Part shown: one piece after another, positions 20,205 through 32,307 of the stretch | Layout: every line of letters starts with the position of its first letter | Position numbering within the stretch: the first letter of the stretch is position 1 | Assembly: GCA_963762255.1 (NCBI GenBank) | Contig: CAVXKA010000001.1 | Location: forward strand, 576,001-640,000 | From: Candidatus Eiseniibacteriota bacterium | Lineage (GTDB): Bacteria > Eisenbacteria > RBG-16-71-46 > JABDJR01 | Direction: 5' to 3' | DNA length: 64,000 nucleotides | Translations under genes and position numbers: made by a program | Notes under the pieces: generated by a model | What the model saw: only the letters and a program-made list of their open reading frames with translations | Database searches by the model: none | Told to the model about the DNA's origin: nothing

Positions 20205-20894
20205 ATGACCGAAGCTCTTTCCGGGGTTCTTGCCGCGCTCTGGCTCGGCGTGCTGACCTCGATCAGCCCTTGCCCGCTCGCCACGAACATCGCAGCGATC
20301 TCGTACGTGGGAAGCCGGGTCGGCAACTCCCGCCGCGTGCTTCTGGCCGGCGTCCTCTACACGGCGGGGCGGGCGCTGGTGTACCTGGTGCTGAGCGTGG
20401 CTCTGGTCTCGAGCCTTCTCGCCGCTCCGGCACTCTCCCATGCGCTGCAGAAGTACGGCCACAAGCTGCTCGGTCCCATCCTCATTCTCGTGGGAATGGT
20501 GCTCCTGGATCTGATCCGCCTGCGTCCGTCCGGCATCAGCACGGGCGGTGGCGTGTCCGAGCGCCTGGCCAAAGCGGGAGTGTGGGGCGCGCTGCCGCTC
20601 GGTGCGCTCTTCGCACTCTCCTTCTGCCCGACATCCGCCGCGCTCTTCTTCGGAAGCCTGCTTCCACTCGCCGTCGAGCGACACTCGCCGGTGGCGTTGC
20701 CGCTGGCGTACGGCGTCGGTACCGCGCTGCCGGTTGTGGTCTTCGCGGTCCTTCTCGCCGCGGGGGCACAGTCAGTGGGAAGGGTGTTCGAGCACGTGAG
20801 CCGTCTGGAGATCTGGGCCCGCCGAGCGACCGGCGTCGTTTTCATCGCAATCGGCGTCTATTTCGTCCTGGCGTACGTGTTCGAGGTCCTGTGA
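20205..20894 (+). CDS. ArsG-like / CcdA-DsbD transmembrane protein
   Basis: TSISPCPLATNIAA and ALSFCPTSA motifs. Confidence 0.85.
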   Translation: MTEALSGVLAALWLGVLTSISPCPLATNIAAISYVGSRVGNSRRVLLAGVLYTAGRALVYLVLSVALVSSLLAAPALSHALQKYGHKLLGPILILVGMVLLDLIRLRPSGISTGGGVSERLAKAGVWGALPLGALFALSFCPTSAALFFGSLLPLAVERHSPVALPLAYGVGTALPVVVFAVLLAAGAQSVGRVFEHVSRLEIWARRATGVVFIAIGVYFVLAYVFEVL

Positions 20895-20939
20895 GGCGTC
20901 GCGCGATGCGGGCGCTCAAGCGCGCCGCACACCTTGCGC

Positions 20940-21866
20940 TCACGCGCGCCGCACGACCGCCGGCATGGTGCGGTTGTCGGCCACGCCTTCGTCCTCGCGC
21001 GAGACCGCGATGATCCCGATCGTGAACTTGGCATCGATGGAGGCCACTCCCCGCTCCGCTGCTTCCTTCGCGGAAACACCGCCTGCGATCCAGTCGTAGA
21101 CCTGCTTCGCCAGCACGCGGCGCATGATTTCCTCACCGTCGCCGGTCGCCGCCACCGCACCATGCGGCCCCGCGTAGAGTCCGGCGCCGATGATCGGGGT
21201 GTCGCCCACGCGCCCGAGGAGCATGACCGTGGTTCCGCCCGTGCTGAGCGCGGCCCCGAACTCTCCGGCGGTGTCGCGAACCACGGCGCCCACGGTGTCC
21301 GAGGGCCCCGCGACCGCGCGCAAGGACTCGGCCATCGGGGTCGAGAAGTTCCAATAGGGCGCCGGGTCCTTCCCGAACCATGCGACGAACATGTCCGAGT
21401 CGCCGCCGCGGGCGAAGAATTCGCGCACCTGGGCGTAGCGATTGTGCGCGCGTTCGGAGATCGGGTAGAAGTCGGCGACGCCCCCCGCGCGCGCGAACGC
21501 GGTGGCCCCCTCGCCGCAGAGAAGAAGATGCGGCGACTCCATCACCAGCCGCGCCACACGAACCGGATTCTTCACTCTCTGGATGGCCGCCACGGCACCG
21601 AACCGCAGCCGGTGATCCATGACCGCCGCGTCCATCTCGATGGTCTTTCCGTCCAATCGCAGGTTCGACCCGACGCCCGCATTGAGCCGCGGGTCGTCTT
21701 CGAGAACGACGGTTGCTTCGATTGCCGCGTCCAGGGCTGTCTTCCCTGCCGCCAACGCCGTCAGCCCCGCGTCGCACGCGCGCTCGCAGGCATCCGCGTG
21801 CTCGCGCGGCCCGCCGGCACCGCCGTGCGCCACGATCGCCGCTCGCACCCGCAGGTCATCGCTCAT
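20940..21866 (-). CDS. isoaspartyl peptidase / plant-type L-asparaginase (Ntn hydrolase)
   Basis: HGGAG, EMDAAVM, DTVGAV and GRVGDTP motifs. Confidence 0.9.
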   Translation of the reverse strand: MSDDLRVRAAIVAHGGAGGPREHADACERACDAGLTALAAGKTALDAAIEATVVLEDDPRLNAGVGSNLRLDGKTIEMDAAVMDHRLRFGAVAAIQRVKNPVRVARLVMESPHLLLCGEGATAFARAGGVADFYPISERAHNRYAQVREFFARGGDSDMFVAWFGKDPAPYWNFSTPMAESLRAVAGPSDTVGAVVRDTAGEFGAALSTGGTTVMLLGRVGDTPIIGAGLYAGPHGAVAATGDGEEIMRRVLAKQVYDWIAGGVSAKEAAERGVASIDAKFTIGIIAVSREDEGVADNRTMPAVVRRA

Positions 21867-23113
21867 GTCACGACCCCCAATCGAAACGCCTCGCGCACCC
21901 CAAGCACGCGCACCAGGCTCCTTGCCAGCCGGTTCCAGAACGCGGCCAAGAGCGGCTTCTGCCCGAACCGCTCCGCATAGTCGCGCAACGCCTCCACCAT
22001 CCCCACGTCCTCCCCCTTTTCGCGGCTCAGGAAGTACTTGTGCGTCATCACCTCCACGTAGAGGTCGGACGCGGTCTTGCCGGGGAAGAGTTCGAGAACC
22101 TTCTGCTTGCGGAAGAGCGCGCAGACCGGGGCGAAGACCTCGGCGCGCCAGCGCACGGCGGCCTCGTGGAGCGGCACCTCGCGCTCCGCGCTCTCGCTCA
22201 GGTACCACTTGTGCTCCTCGATGTGACGAAGGAGCGTTTCGAGATAGGTACGGTCGCGCACACGTCCGAGCATGCGACGCACATCCAGACCGGTCCGCTC
22301 CTGAAACGCGCGCTCCTCGACGGCGATCGCGTAGCGCCGCTCGTACTCACCCAAGAAGAACGCCGTGTCCTCTTCGGTTGCGTGCGGATCGCGGAAGATG
22401 CCCGCCAGGCGAAGGTCCTCGTGCATCCAGTGCATGGAATCGATGAACGTCTCCACGTCCGCGCGCCGGAGCGCATCGGAGAGAGCTCCGCGCATCTCCA
22501 CCGTCTCCGCATCGGCGAGTACCGCCTGCAGCCGGGTGTGCCGGCCGACGTAGGGGATGTTCTCCTTGCGGAACCGGATGAGCGTGTTGGCCATCGAGGC
22601 GTCGCCCCAGTAGATCCCGTTCACATGGAGGTCCACGAAGAGGTCGAGTTCGGCGTCAAGGATGCGACGCCGGTTGTCGCGGGTGAAACCGAAGCGAAAG
22701 AGAAGCGAGTCGGGCAGGACGCGGTCCGCGAGCCGGGTCACGCTGTGGCCGATCTCGTTCTCCGCGCGTTGCGCGCCGGCGGAGGTCTCGATCAGCACCG
22801 GCGCCTCCTCGCGCACGACGACGCCCACCGGCTCGAGCGTTTCGATGCCAAGCTCGCGGAGCCGCCGGTAGACGGCGATCTCCCGACGCGCCCCGTCCAC
22901 GCCCAGCTCCTTGATGACGAGCGCGCGTCCGTCGGCCTCGACGAAGATGAGCGGATGTCTTCCGATTCCCCTGCGCACCGGAAGGTGCGGTATGCCGCGC
23001 TCGCGCCAGGATTCGATCGGCGATTCCCAGGGGAGTGCGCGGACCGCGCGAGATAGACGCCGATCGGCGATCTCGAACCGTGCGCGGGGATAGCGGGGCA
23101 GATTGCGCCTCAT
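21863..23113 (-). CDS. DUF4032 / LPS-kinase-like domain protein
   Basis: GIYWGDASMANTL, LADAET and IEEHKWYLSE motifs. Confidence 0.75.
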   Translation of the reverse strand: MRRNLPRYPRARFEIADRRLSRAVRALPWESPIESWRERGIPHLPVRRGIGRHPLIFVEADGRALVIKELGVDGARREIAVYRRLRELGIETLEPVGVVVREEAPVLIETSAGAQRAENEIGHSVTRLADRVLPDSLLFRFGFTRDNRRRILDAELDLFVDLHVNGIYWGDASMANTLIRFRKENIPYVGRHTRLQAVLADAETVEMRGALSDALRRADVETFIDSMHWMHEDLRLAGIFRDPHATEEDTAFFLGEYERRYAIAVEERAFQERTGLDVRRMLGRVRDRTYLETLLRHIEEHKWYLSESAEREVPLHEAAVRWRAEVFAPVCALFRKQKVLELFPGKTASDLYVEVMTHKYFLSREKGEDVGMVEALRDYAERFGQKPLLAAFWNRLARSLVRVLGVREAFRLGVVT

Positions 23114-23180
23114 GGAGGGGCAAGTCTATCACCCCGCGATTTGCTAGGATTCGACGCATGAAATCCTCCGGAGCGGCGTC

Positions 23181-24017
23181 GTGAGCCGCGACCGACGCGG
23201 TCGAGGCGGTGTCTGGGTGGACGCTGCGTTCTTCCGCCGACTCGCCGACCTCGCCGCGGATCGCATCCCCTTGGTGCTGGTGACGGTCACCGAGGCCTCG
23301 GGGAGCGCCCCCGGCAAGGCGGGCGCCAAGATGGTCGTCACCGCGTCGGATACGTACGGCACCGTGGGCGGCGGCCGCGTCGAGAACGCGGCCATTCTGC
23401 GCGCGCGCGAACTGATCGGCAGCACCGCGGGACCGGAGTCCGAGCACTACGACGTGGTGCAGGACCTCGGCATGTCCTGCGGAGGGAGCATGAGCGTCAT
23501 GTTCGAACCCGTGACCCCGTCCCCTCGCCTCGTCATCTTCGGCGCCGGCCATATCTCGAAACCGCTCTGCGCCATCGCCGTCATCGCCGGCTTCGACGTG
23601 ACGGTCTGTGATGACAGGCCGGAGTGGCTCACCGAGGACCGCTTCCCCGACGCGAGCGCGCGCCTGCTGGCCGACTGGGAGGACGCCGTGGCGCAGGCTC
23701 GTATCGACGGGCAGACCTTCGTGGTGTCGGTTTCTCCCGGCCACGCCTTCGACGCGCGCATCGTGCGCGCGATCCTCGGGGCGGGGCTGCGCCCGCGTTA
23801 CCTGGGCGTGGTCGGAAGCGTGCGCAAGTCGATCCTCTTGAAACGCGAGCTGGTGGAGGCGGGAATGGACGCCGAGGCGGTGGCCCGCATCCACAGCCCG
23901 ATGGGCATCGATATCGGCGCCGTGGAGCCGCGCGAGATCGCGCTCTCGGCGGCCGCCGAGATGGTGGCCGAGTTGCGCAATGTGTTGGGCGACAAGACCG
24001 CCGCCGGATCGGAATGA
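23181..24017 (+). CDS. xdhC: XdhC/CoxI family molybdoenzyme maturation factor
   Basis: GSAPGKAGAKM, GTVGGG, MSCGG, FGAGH and PREIALS motifs. Confidence 0.85.
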   Translation: MSRDRRGRGGVWVDAAFFRRLADLAADRIPLVLVTVTEASGSAPGKAGAKMVVTASDTYGTVGGGRVENAAILRARELIGSTAGPESEHYDVVQDLGMSCGGSMSVMFEPVTPSPRLVIFGAGHISKPLCAIAVIAGFDVTVCDDRPEWLTEDRFPDASARLLADWEDAVAQARIDGQTFVVSVSPGHAFDARIVRAILGAGLRPRYLGVVGSVRKSILLKRELVEAGMDAEAVARIHSPMGIDIGAVEPREIALSAAAEMVAELRNVLGDKTAAGSE

Positions 24018-24608
24018 CCGCGCGCGTCGCCGCTGTCGTGCTCGCCGCCGGGGCGGGGCGACGCATGGGGTTCCGCCCCAAGGCCCTTCTTCCTATCGAT
24101 GACGAATCGTTCCTGGCGCGCGTGGTGCGAACGTGTCGTGATGGGGGCTGCGACGATGTGTGGATCGTCGTTCCCGCCGAACCGCCCGGCGTGCTCGCGC
24201 TCGCGCGATCGTTGAAGGCGCTACACCGTCGTGAACCCCGATCCCGAGCGCGGCATGTTGTCGAGCGTGCAGATCGGCGTCCGTGCCGCGGCGCATGCGA
24301 CCGCAGGAACGGTGAGCTGCCTCGTCTTCCCGGTGGACCACCCGCGCGTTCAAGCGTCGACGGTGAGCGCACTCCTCGCCGCGCGCCACCAGGCAAGCGC
24401 CGCGGTATGGCTACGACCCGTGTTCAACGGGCGCGGGGGACACCCGATCCTCATCCCAGGTCCGGCCACGGCGGGGCTCCTCGACCGCGACCCGCGCGAG
24501 CCGCTGCGCGACGCGCTACGAGGGATCGGGTTGGAGCCGCTGGACGTGCCGGTGGACGACCCGGGCATCCACGCCAACGTGAACGTGCCGGGGGATCTCG
24601 GCGAGTAA
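24014..24608 (+). CDS. MocA/YgfJ-like molybdenum cofactor nucleotidyltransferase (frameshift near 24222)
   Basis: LAAGAGRRMG..KAL in the first frame; NPDPERGMLSS, PVDHP and GGHP in the second. Confidence 0.8.
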
Positions 24609-24700
24609 TCGCAGGATGCCGGTCTCCAGCCCGCAGGACGCGGCCTTCCAGCCGAAGGAATCGACTCCCCGAACGGCGGCGCATTTGCGACAATGCGCGC

Positions 24701-26749
<2,049 letters not shown>

Positions 26750-26875
26750 GTTTCGAGTGGGCACAATCGTCACCCGTGGGCTGTCGTAGCTTCCACGTCA
26801 GTCCGGGCGGGTCTATATGTGTTTGAAATCAATGGGTTTCGGGGGCCGGGACGTTCAAACCCGCCTGCGCGAGCG

Positions 26876-27622
26876 TCAATCCCAGAGTTGCTTCAGTCTT
26901 CCCCATGTCGTGCCTTCCACCGGCGTCGCGCGTTGCACGGAAGCACGTCCGTCATTTGTATCGAAGGCGATGACCACTCGATCGTCGGCCTGCGTATTCT
27001 CGAAGCTGAAGTTGTCCCCGATAAGCATGTTGTAGTGCGGGCCGAAGGACCAGTCCCAGCTCCCGACGGATCGGAACTTGTACTCGACCGTACCGACGTC
27101 GGCAAGATTCATTTGAGCGCTCCAGACGCCGTCTTGCATCGTGGCCACGATCGGCAACGTCCAGGAACCAAGCTCGGGCGCACTTCCCATGAGCTCCAGG
27201 CTCGTCCCGACCGGTAATCCATGGTCGGTCATGATCGCCCCGGATTCCGGCTGCCAACCAGAACGGGGGTTTGCATCGAGCCGAAAGAAGACGGCCTCCC
27301 CGGCAGATACCGTGACAAGCCGGGCGTTCTGAAGCACGTATTCGGGATTGTGTGGCCACAACTGCGACCAGTCCGCGTTAGCGATCTTGAATTCATGGAG
27401 TCCAGGCGGCTGATCCGAGGTGATCGTCGCCGCATAAATGCCGTCTCCCCCTACTCCATCCCCATGCACGCCGTCATCATAGAGCCGGTTACCTGCGTCA
27501 TAGCCCCAGGTCGCGCCGGACCCCGCGTAATAGGAACCGCGCGCATAGTAAGGTTGAGCGACTGCCGACTGGGCCATGAGGCAACACACCGCCAAGAACA
27601 CCACGACCCCGATCCGTGTCAT
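26876..27622 (-). CDS. secreted protein with carbohydrate-binding-like Ig domains and TWG tail
   Basis: Signal peptide; LYDDGVHGDGVGGDGIY (choice-of-anchor X-like); YKFR; C-terminal PVEGTTWGRLKQLWD. Confidence 0.7.
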   Translation of the reverse strand: MTRIGVVVFLAVCCLMAQSAVAQPYYARGSYYAGSGATWGYDAGNRLYDDGVHGDGVGGDGIYAATITSDQPPGLHEFKIANADWSQLWPHNPEYVLQNARLVTVSAGEAVFFRLDANPRSGWQPESGAIMTDHGLPVGTSLELMGSAPELGSWTLPIVATMQDGVWSAQMNLADVGTVEYKFRSVGSWDWSFGPHYNMLIGDNFSFENTQADDRVVIAFDTNDGRASVQRATPVEGTTWGRLKQLWD

Positions 27623-27705
27623 CTTGCCTCCTCGATTGGCCGGACACCGCCGACGACAGCTACTTCACGAACTGCTGCTTCAGATTGCCCCGGGGGGGGG
27701 ATTCG

Positions 27706-27960
27706 CTACTTCACGACCTTCACCGGTAGCCCACCGTACGGGACATCAACCACCCTCACGTCCAGCGTAGTCCGCTCCCATGACCACTCCGCGCCCTTCA
27801 CTTCCAGCGGCGGAAGGTCAGAGGCAAGGCCGACCAAACGCACATCCATCGGGTCCTTCGCCGACTGCGCATCTGCAGTCTGTTGCCCCAGGTGGAACCC
27901 GATCAGCAGCGTCAGCGAAAGGAAGAACAGAGAGCCGGAGAGGTAGAACAGGCGCTTCAT
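27706..27960 (-). CDS. small secreted/membrane hypothetical protein
   Basis: RBS ggagg overlaps the upstream stop region; N-terminal hydrophobic segment. Confidence 0.55.
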   Translation of the reverse strand: MKRLFYLSGSLFFLSLTLLIGFHLGQQTADAQSAKDPMDVRLVGLASDLPPLEVKGAEWSWERTTLDVRVVDVPYGGLPVKVVK

Positions 27961-27970
27961 CCAAGACCTC

Positions 27971-28624
27971 CTACTTGCCGAACTGCTGCTTCACCACGCC
28001 CCATGTACTCTTCATCACGGGGACGATGCCTTCTCCGCTTAAGGTCACCACTCCGAATTCAGTCGGCTTCAACGCGACGCTGCCACTTGAGGGTTTTTCG
28101 GCACTGTTAAACGTCGCAAGGGTAAGTCGAAACGCATTGCCATCCGATGTGAATTCATGGATGCGAAAGTCAAATTCGCAGCCGAGTTCCGGAAACCGCA
28201 CCCCGTAATAGTAGTCGGGCGATTCATAGCAGCTGTACGAGGATGGGATGGGCCACCGGCCACTGGAGTAGCCGATCGACTCTATGCGCAGTATGTCCCT
28301 GCGCGTCTCAGGCTCAATGTCCATAATGCGGATGCTGGCGGAATCCAACGTGACCAAGGAGAAGCGAACGTTCAGAAATGAAACAACAAAAGGCAATCCA
28401 GGTTGGCAGCTTGGGTGCTGGACGCGGGTGTTGAATTCCAGGGACACGGGTCCCTGGTAGTAGATCCCCCTCGCCTTGTCGTCAAGACAGCTGGGCGCCG
28501 CGTAGAAGTCAATGGACGCAAACGCTTGACCAGAGAAGGTCGCGCCCCTGAGCTCAACCGCAGCGTCGGCCGTCCGCGGGATGGTGAATGTGGCAAGGCA
28601 GAGTACAAGCAGCAGTCTCAGCAT
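27971..28624 (-). CDS. secreted hypothetical protein with TWG tail
   Basis: Signal peptide MLRLLLVLCLA..ADA; C-terminal VPVMKSTWGVVKQQFGK. Confidence 0.7.
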   Translation of the reverse strand: MLRLLLVLCLATFTIPRTADAAVELRGATFSGQAFASIDFYAAPSCLDDKARGIYYQGPVSLEFNTRVQHPSCQPGLPFVVSFLNVRFSLVTLDSASIRIMDIEPETRRDILRIESIGYSSGRWPIPSSYSCYESPDYYYGVRFPELGCEFDFRIHEFTSDGNAFRLTLATFNSAEKPSSGSVALKPTEFGVVTLSGEGIVPVMKSTWGVVKQQFGK

Positions 28625-28766
28625 TGGCCGCCTCCGAGGAGGCATGGGGTGAAGACATCTTAGCACCGGGCGCAAGCCGCTCGGCTGCGTGTGCGCGTTC
28701 AATGGCGGCGGACAATTTTTCACGGCGGACCTACAGCGCTACACGCAGAGCCTGACTCTCGAACTG

Positions 28767-29035
28767 GTCACGGCACCGTGATCGCGTCCCTGCCGTAGGC
28801 CCCGGCGGCAGGGCGAGGTGAGTTTCGAGCGAGCACAATCGTCACCCGTGGGCTGTCATAGCTTCCACGGCAGTCCGGGTGCCCGTATATCTCTTTGAAA
28901 TCAATGGGTTTCGGGGATCGCGTCTTCCGAAATAATCGTCCCCAGGCTGCGATAGTGCCCACTCGAAGGGTGGTTTTCGAATGGATAGGAATTATGCGTT
29001 GCCCCCCCTGGATCAGGCCCGGAGGGGACGGCGAC
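28767..29035 (+). repeat. non-coding att-like repeat, copy B (full length)
   Basis: Contains an inverted pair (TTCGAGCGAGCACAATCG / CGATAGTGCCCACTCGAA) and an IHF-like site AATCAATGGGTTT. Confidence 0.9.
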
Positions 29036-29078
29036 GGGGGATTGCCGAACCAGTACAATCCGGCGTATACGCTTAGCC

Positions 29079-30650
29079 TCAGATTCGATGGGGGCTGATT
29101 TCCATCCCAGATACCAAACGGAAACTCTCGAGGGCGTATTCGTCCGTCATCCCACTTATGAAATCAATGATCATTCGAAGGCGATGTACCCTTTCCATGA
29201 CCTCAGCCATTCCCTCGTCCCTGCCCGCGTCCTTAGCCGAAAGCCGCACGGCTGCGTCGTATACCGCCAAGTACTTTCTGGAGACGCGACTGAGAAGACT
29301 AGTCTCCAGGGCGATCGGAGCGCCCATCGAATCCTTGTCCTCTTTGGCGCGGATACTCCCGAATCGAGATGCGTCACACTGCATGATTGGCTGATACGCA
29401 GACAACAATCCGCTGAGAACAGCGTATGCGGTAATCTCCCTCCGTCGAACAATCTCCGCAGAGTACAAGTGCTGCTCTGCAAACCGCTTCAATTCACTCA
29501 GCAGCTTCCCCGCATCCCCGTCTCTAAGTATCGGCCCTGCCTCGCCACTAAGGACCGCTGCCTGCTTCACCACAAACACCAAACCTGCTTGATGTGCTAG
29601 AAACCGAATGACAGCAGAGCGAAACTCCTCCATTGGTCTGAGTCTCTCTCCACCTGGCGCCGCGCCAGAATGGGGATCCTTCAGAGACTGCAAGGCAGAA
29701 GCGATGCGCTTCGCTTCATTTCCGATCTCCTCACCAGCCTCACCGAAGTTCATTCCCCCCGCGACGCCCTCAATGAACTGGGCGAACGCTGCCTTTGTGA
29801 CGATGCCCTTCTCTATGCCATCCTCGATGTCGCTTACACAGTAAGCGATGTCATCCGCCGCCTCCATGAGATAGGCGAGTGGATGTCTGCATCCGTTCTT
29901 AAGTCCAAGCTCTTTCCATATTTGGCGTGCTACATCCTGTTCCGTCTGAAAATATCCCGACTTCTTCCTCCCGCATCCGCCTCCACTGCTATCCCCAATC
30001 TCCGAAGTAGACCATGGGTATTTCAGAGTAGAAGCAAGCGTCGTTATGGTCAAGTTCAGGCCGAAGCGATCACTCGTCTCCGCCGCCTGCAGCCTCGTAA
30101 TGATTCTGAACCCCTGGGGGTTTCCATCGAAGTTCTCAAAATCAGCCTGAAACACATTCCATCGTCTCAGGGCCGGCCCACCGAGGCCATCCGGCGCTAG
30201 ATTGCAAATGCTCTGATGAAACCAATCGTTGATCGCACGCTCACCAAAGTGCCCGAAGGGGGGGTTACCGAAATCGTGAAGCAAGCAGGCAGTTGAGACG
30301 AATGTAATGAAGGCTCGCTCATTCCCGGCAATGCCCAGCTCCTTCTTTTGCCGCCCTGAAAAATGCTTCAACGCTTGTTGAGCAACGAACTGCCCAATTG
30401 AAGACACCTCCAAGGAATGGGTGAGCCTTGATCTGACTGCCGCATTTGTCTCTAGCGAGAAGACCTGAGCCTTGTTCTGAAGCCGCCGAAATGGCGATGA
30501 GAAGAGAACGCGGCCACGATCGGCGTCGGCGTTCTCGTCGAGTGTCCGCTTCACGACTTCGGGCCTTCGAAGGCGAGTGCCCTGGAGTAACCGCTCATAG
30601 GGTCGAGGTGTTGAGGCCGCGGTAGCTTTCCTTGCCCCCTTCCTATTCAC
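29079..30650 (-). CDS. dgt: dNTP triphosphohydrolase (dGTPase, HD domain)
   Basis: RRLQNKAQVF, SRLTHSLEV, LLHDFGNPPFGHFGE, EAADDIAYC and DFISGMTD motifs. Confidence 0.92.
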   Translation of the reverse strand: MNRKGARKATAASTPRPYERLLQGTRLRRPEVVKRTLDENADADRGRVLFSSPFRRLQNKAQVFSLETNAAVRSRLTHSLEVSSIGQFVAQQALKHFSGRQKKELGIAGNERAFITFVSTACLLHDFGNPPFGHFGERAINDWFHQSICNLAPDGLGGPALRRWNVFQADFENFDGNPQGFRIITRLQAAETSDRFGLNLTITTLASTLKYPWSTSEIGDSSGGGCGRKKSGYFQTEQDVARQIWKELGLKNGCRHPLAYLMEAADDIAYCVSDIEDGIEKGIVTKAAFAQFIEGVAGGMNFGEAGEEIGNEAKRIASALQSLKDPHSGAAPGGERLRPMEEFRSAVIRFLAHQAGLVFVVKQAAVLSGEAGPILRDGDAGKLLSELKRFAEQHLYSAEIVRRREITAYAVLSGLLSAYQPIMQCDASRFGSIRAKEDKDSMGAPIALETSLLSRVSRKYLAVYDAAVRLSAKDAGRDEGMAEVMERVHRLRMIIDFISGMTDEYALESFRLVSGMEISPHRI

Positions 30651-31522
30651 GCCACATTCCTGTCATCGCGAGAGGGGATCGTGCGTACACGGGATTCTCT
30701 GCGTGAATCGAGAAGAAGATCCAATCTGTTCAGGAGCTCCTCCCGTCCCTGCGGAAATCTCGCGTGAAGAAAGTCCCATTCTACCTGAAGCAGTCCTGGC
30801 ACGACATTCTCTCGCAGCCGACAACAATCGGCATCGGGGACGACCAGCTGTGGAGTGTCTTCTAGAATCCGGACGAGACGTACTGCCAGGACGGCCAACT
30901 CGACGGGTGGCATCTCGTTCCATCGGGGCCAGTTGATTCCGGGGTCACGTTGTTCGCGTCTTTGCAGTACACCAAACGGATCGAGGACACACCCGGTCCC
31001 CAAATGAACCGCGAGCGCATTGATTCGTAGGTCAAAGTAACGAAGTGCTCCCGAAACCGATCGAAATCCCTTGTGGAACGTGGAGGGCTCAGAAATGTCT
31101 ATGTAGCCATCTTCGTAATGATAGCAACGTTGCTGGTGTCGGTTCAGTTCGAATGGCAAACCAAGAGCATCCAGAGCTTTGAATGCCCGGACATCTCCGT
31201 TCGGTACCATGACATCTATGTCGCCAGAATCTCCGAGTTGAAACAATGCTCTGCGGTGGGTACCGCCGACCACATAGGCACGTCCATTTGTAGCGTGAGT
31301 GATGGCGCGAATGACCTCGCGGGTCCTGTGACGCTCTTGTAGCCGCCTCATGAGTTCGCGATACAAGACCGCATGCGGTTCGTCAGGCTGACGCGCATTG
31401 CGCGTTGGCCGCGTGATCGTCCCAACCATTCCTGTGGGCGTCAATCGCAACCAAGAGGGCGGCCGCCACGCACGGACGCCGAGCAGATCACCGGCCGATA
31501 GAGCCATCGAGTGTTTCTTCAT
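30647..31522 (-). CDS. CCA-adding / poly(A)-polymerase-like (class II) nucleotidyltransferase head domain protein
   Basis: YVVGG...GDIDV (DxD), RYFDLRINALA (compare RRDFTINAL) and LDPFG motifs; GTGA overlap with the dGTPase gene. Confidence 0.7.
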   Translation of the reverse strand: MKKHSMALSAGDLLGVRAWRPPSWLRLTPTGMVGTITRPTRNARQPDEPHAVLYRELMRRLQERHRTREVIRAITHATNGRAYVVGGTHRRALFQLGDSGDIDVMVPNGDVRAFKALDALGLPFELNRHQQRCYHYEDGYIDISEPSTFHKGFRSVSGALRYFDLRINALAVHLGTGCVLDPFGVLQRREQRDPGINWPRWNEMPPVELAVLAVRLVRILEDTPQLVVPDADCCRLRENVVPGLLQVEWDFLHARFPQGREELLNRLDLLLDSRRESRVRTIPSRDDRNVA

Positions 31523-31951
31523 GCCAGCAACACCATTAGTGGTCTTGTCATTTTAAGACGGCTTGTCACTCATGAGTATACCCCACACAGGCTACCGAGA
31601 TGTACTAGCGCAGGGCAATGTAATTCGGACCAGCCCGAGTGAGCGGACCGTAGACGGACCGGTCGCTGTCACTGGGTGGCCATTACCGCACGCTACCCTT
31701 TGATTGTAGCGGTCCGACACTTGCTTCTCGATTCCTACTTGGCTGTGCTGCTCTGTACTTGGCGCCAGGAATCTGGTCCTCCGGCGCCATTACCATTGAA
31801 ACGTGCCGGGTCATCCGGAGATCTCCGCGATGACTTCCCCGGCGGTCCATGTGGAAGTTCACCGCCGTAGGCTTGGCTCCCAGCTTCGGGGGTCGGCTCC
31901 CCTTGAACCCGTGCCGCCCCGGCTCCCCAATGGGGTCTGGAGGTTCAAGTT

Positions 31952-32203
31952 ATGCCCTACCTATCGTCCCCGACCCTGACGAAAGCCGAACAGGAAGCCC
32001 TACTCCGCGTGTCATCGGGACACCCCCGCGATCACTTGATCTTTTCGCTCGCCCTCGGCACCGGGCTTCGCCTCGCGGAGATCGTCGGCCTCAACGTGGG
32101 CGACGTGTTCACCGCTGACGGCAAGCCGCGCGGTCGCATCAGAGTCAGGCGCGAGATCGCCAAGGGCGGCCGCGCCGGCGACGTGTTCCTGCCGGACGCG
32201 CTG
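31952..32203 (+). pseudogene. small tyrosine recombinase, N-terminal fragment (copy 1)
   Basis: LALGTGLRLAEIVGLNVGDV..IAKGGRAGDVFLPDAL, then unrelated sequence. Confidence 0.85.
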
Positions 32204-32307
32204 AGGCTACGAGGATGCCTGACGCGGATTAGATCACGCCCGGAGGGGCCGGCGTCTGGGGACCACCGAACTTGTACAAGCCAGAGAATCACCATGGCCG
32301 CAAAGTT

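Noticed and set aside
28768-29098. Small ORFs inside the repeated element (also 26817, 55300-55631, 57586-57829)
   Set aside because: Frames and stops are not conserved between copies, so the element appears non-coding.
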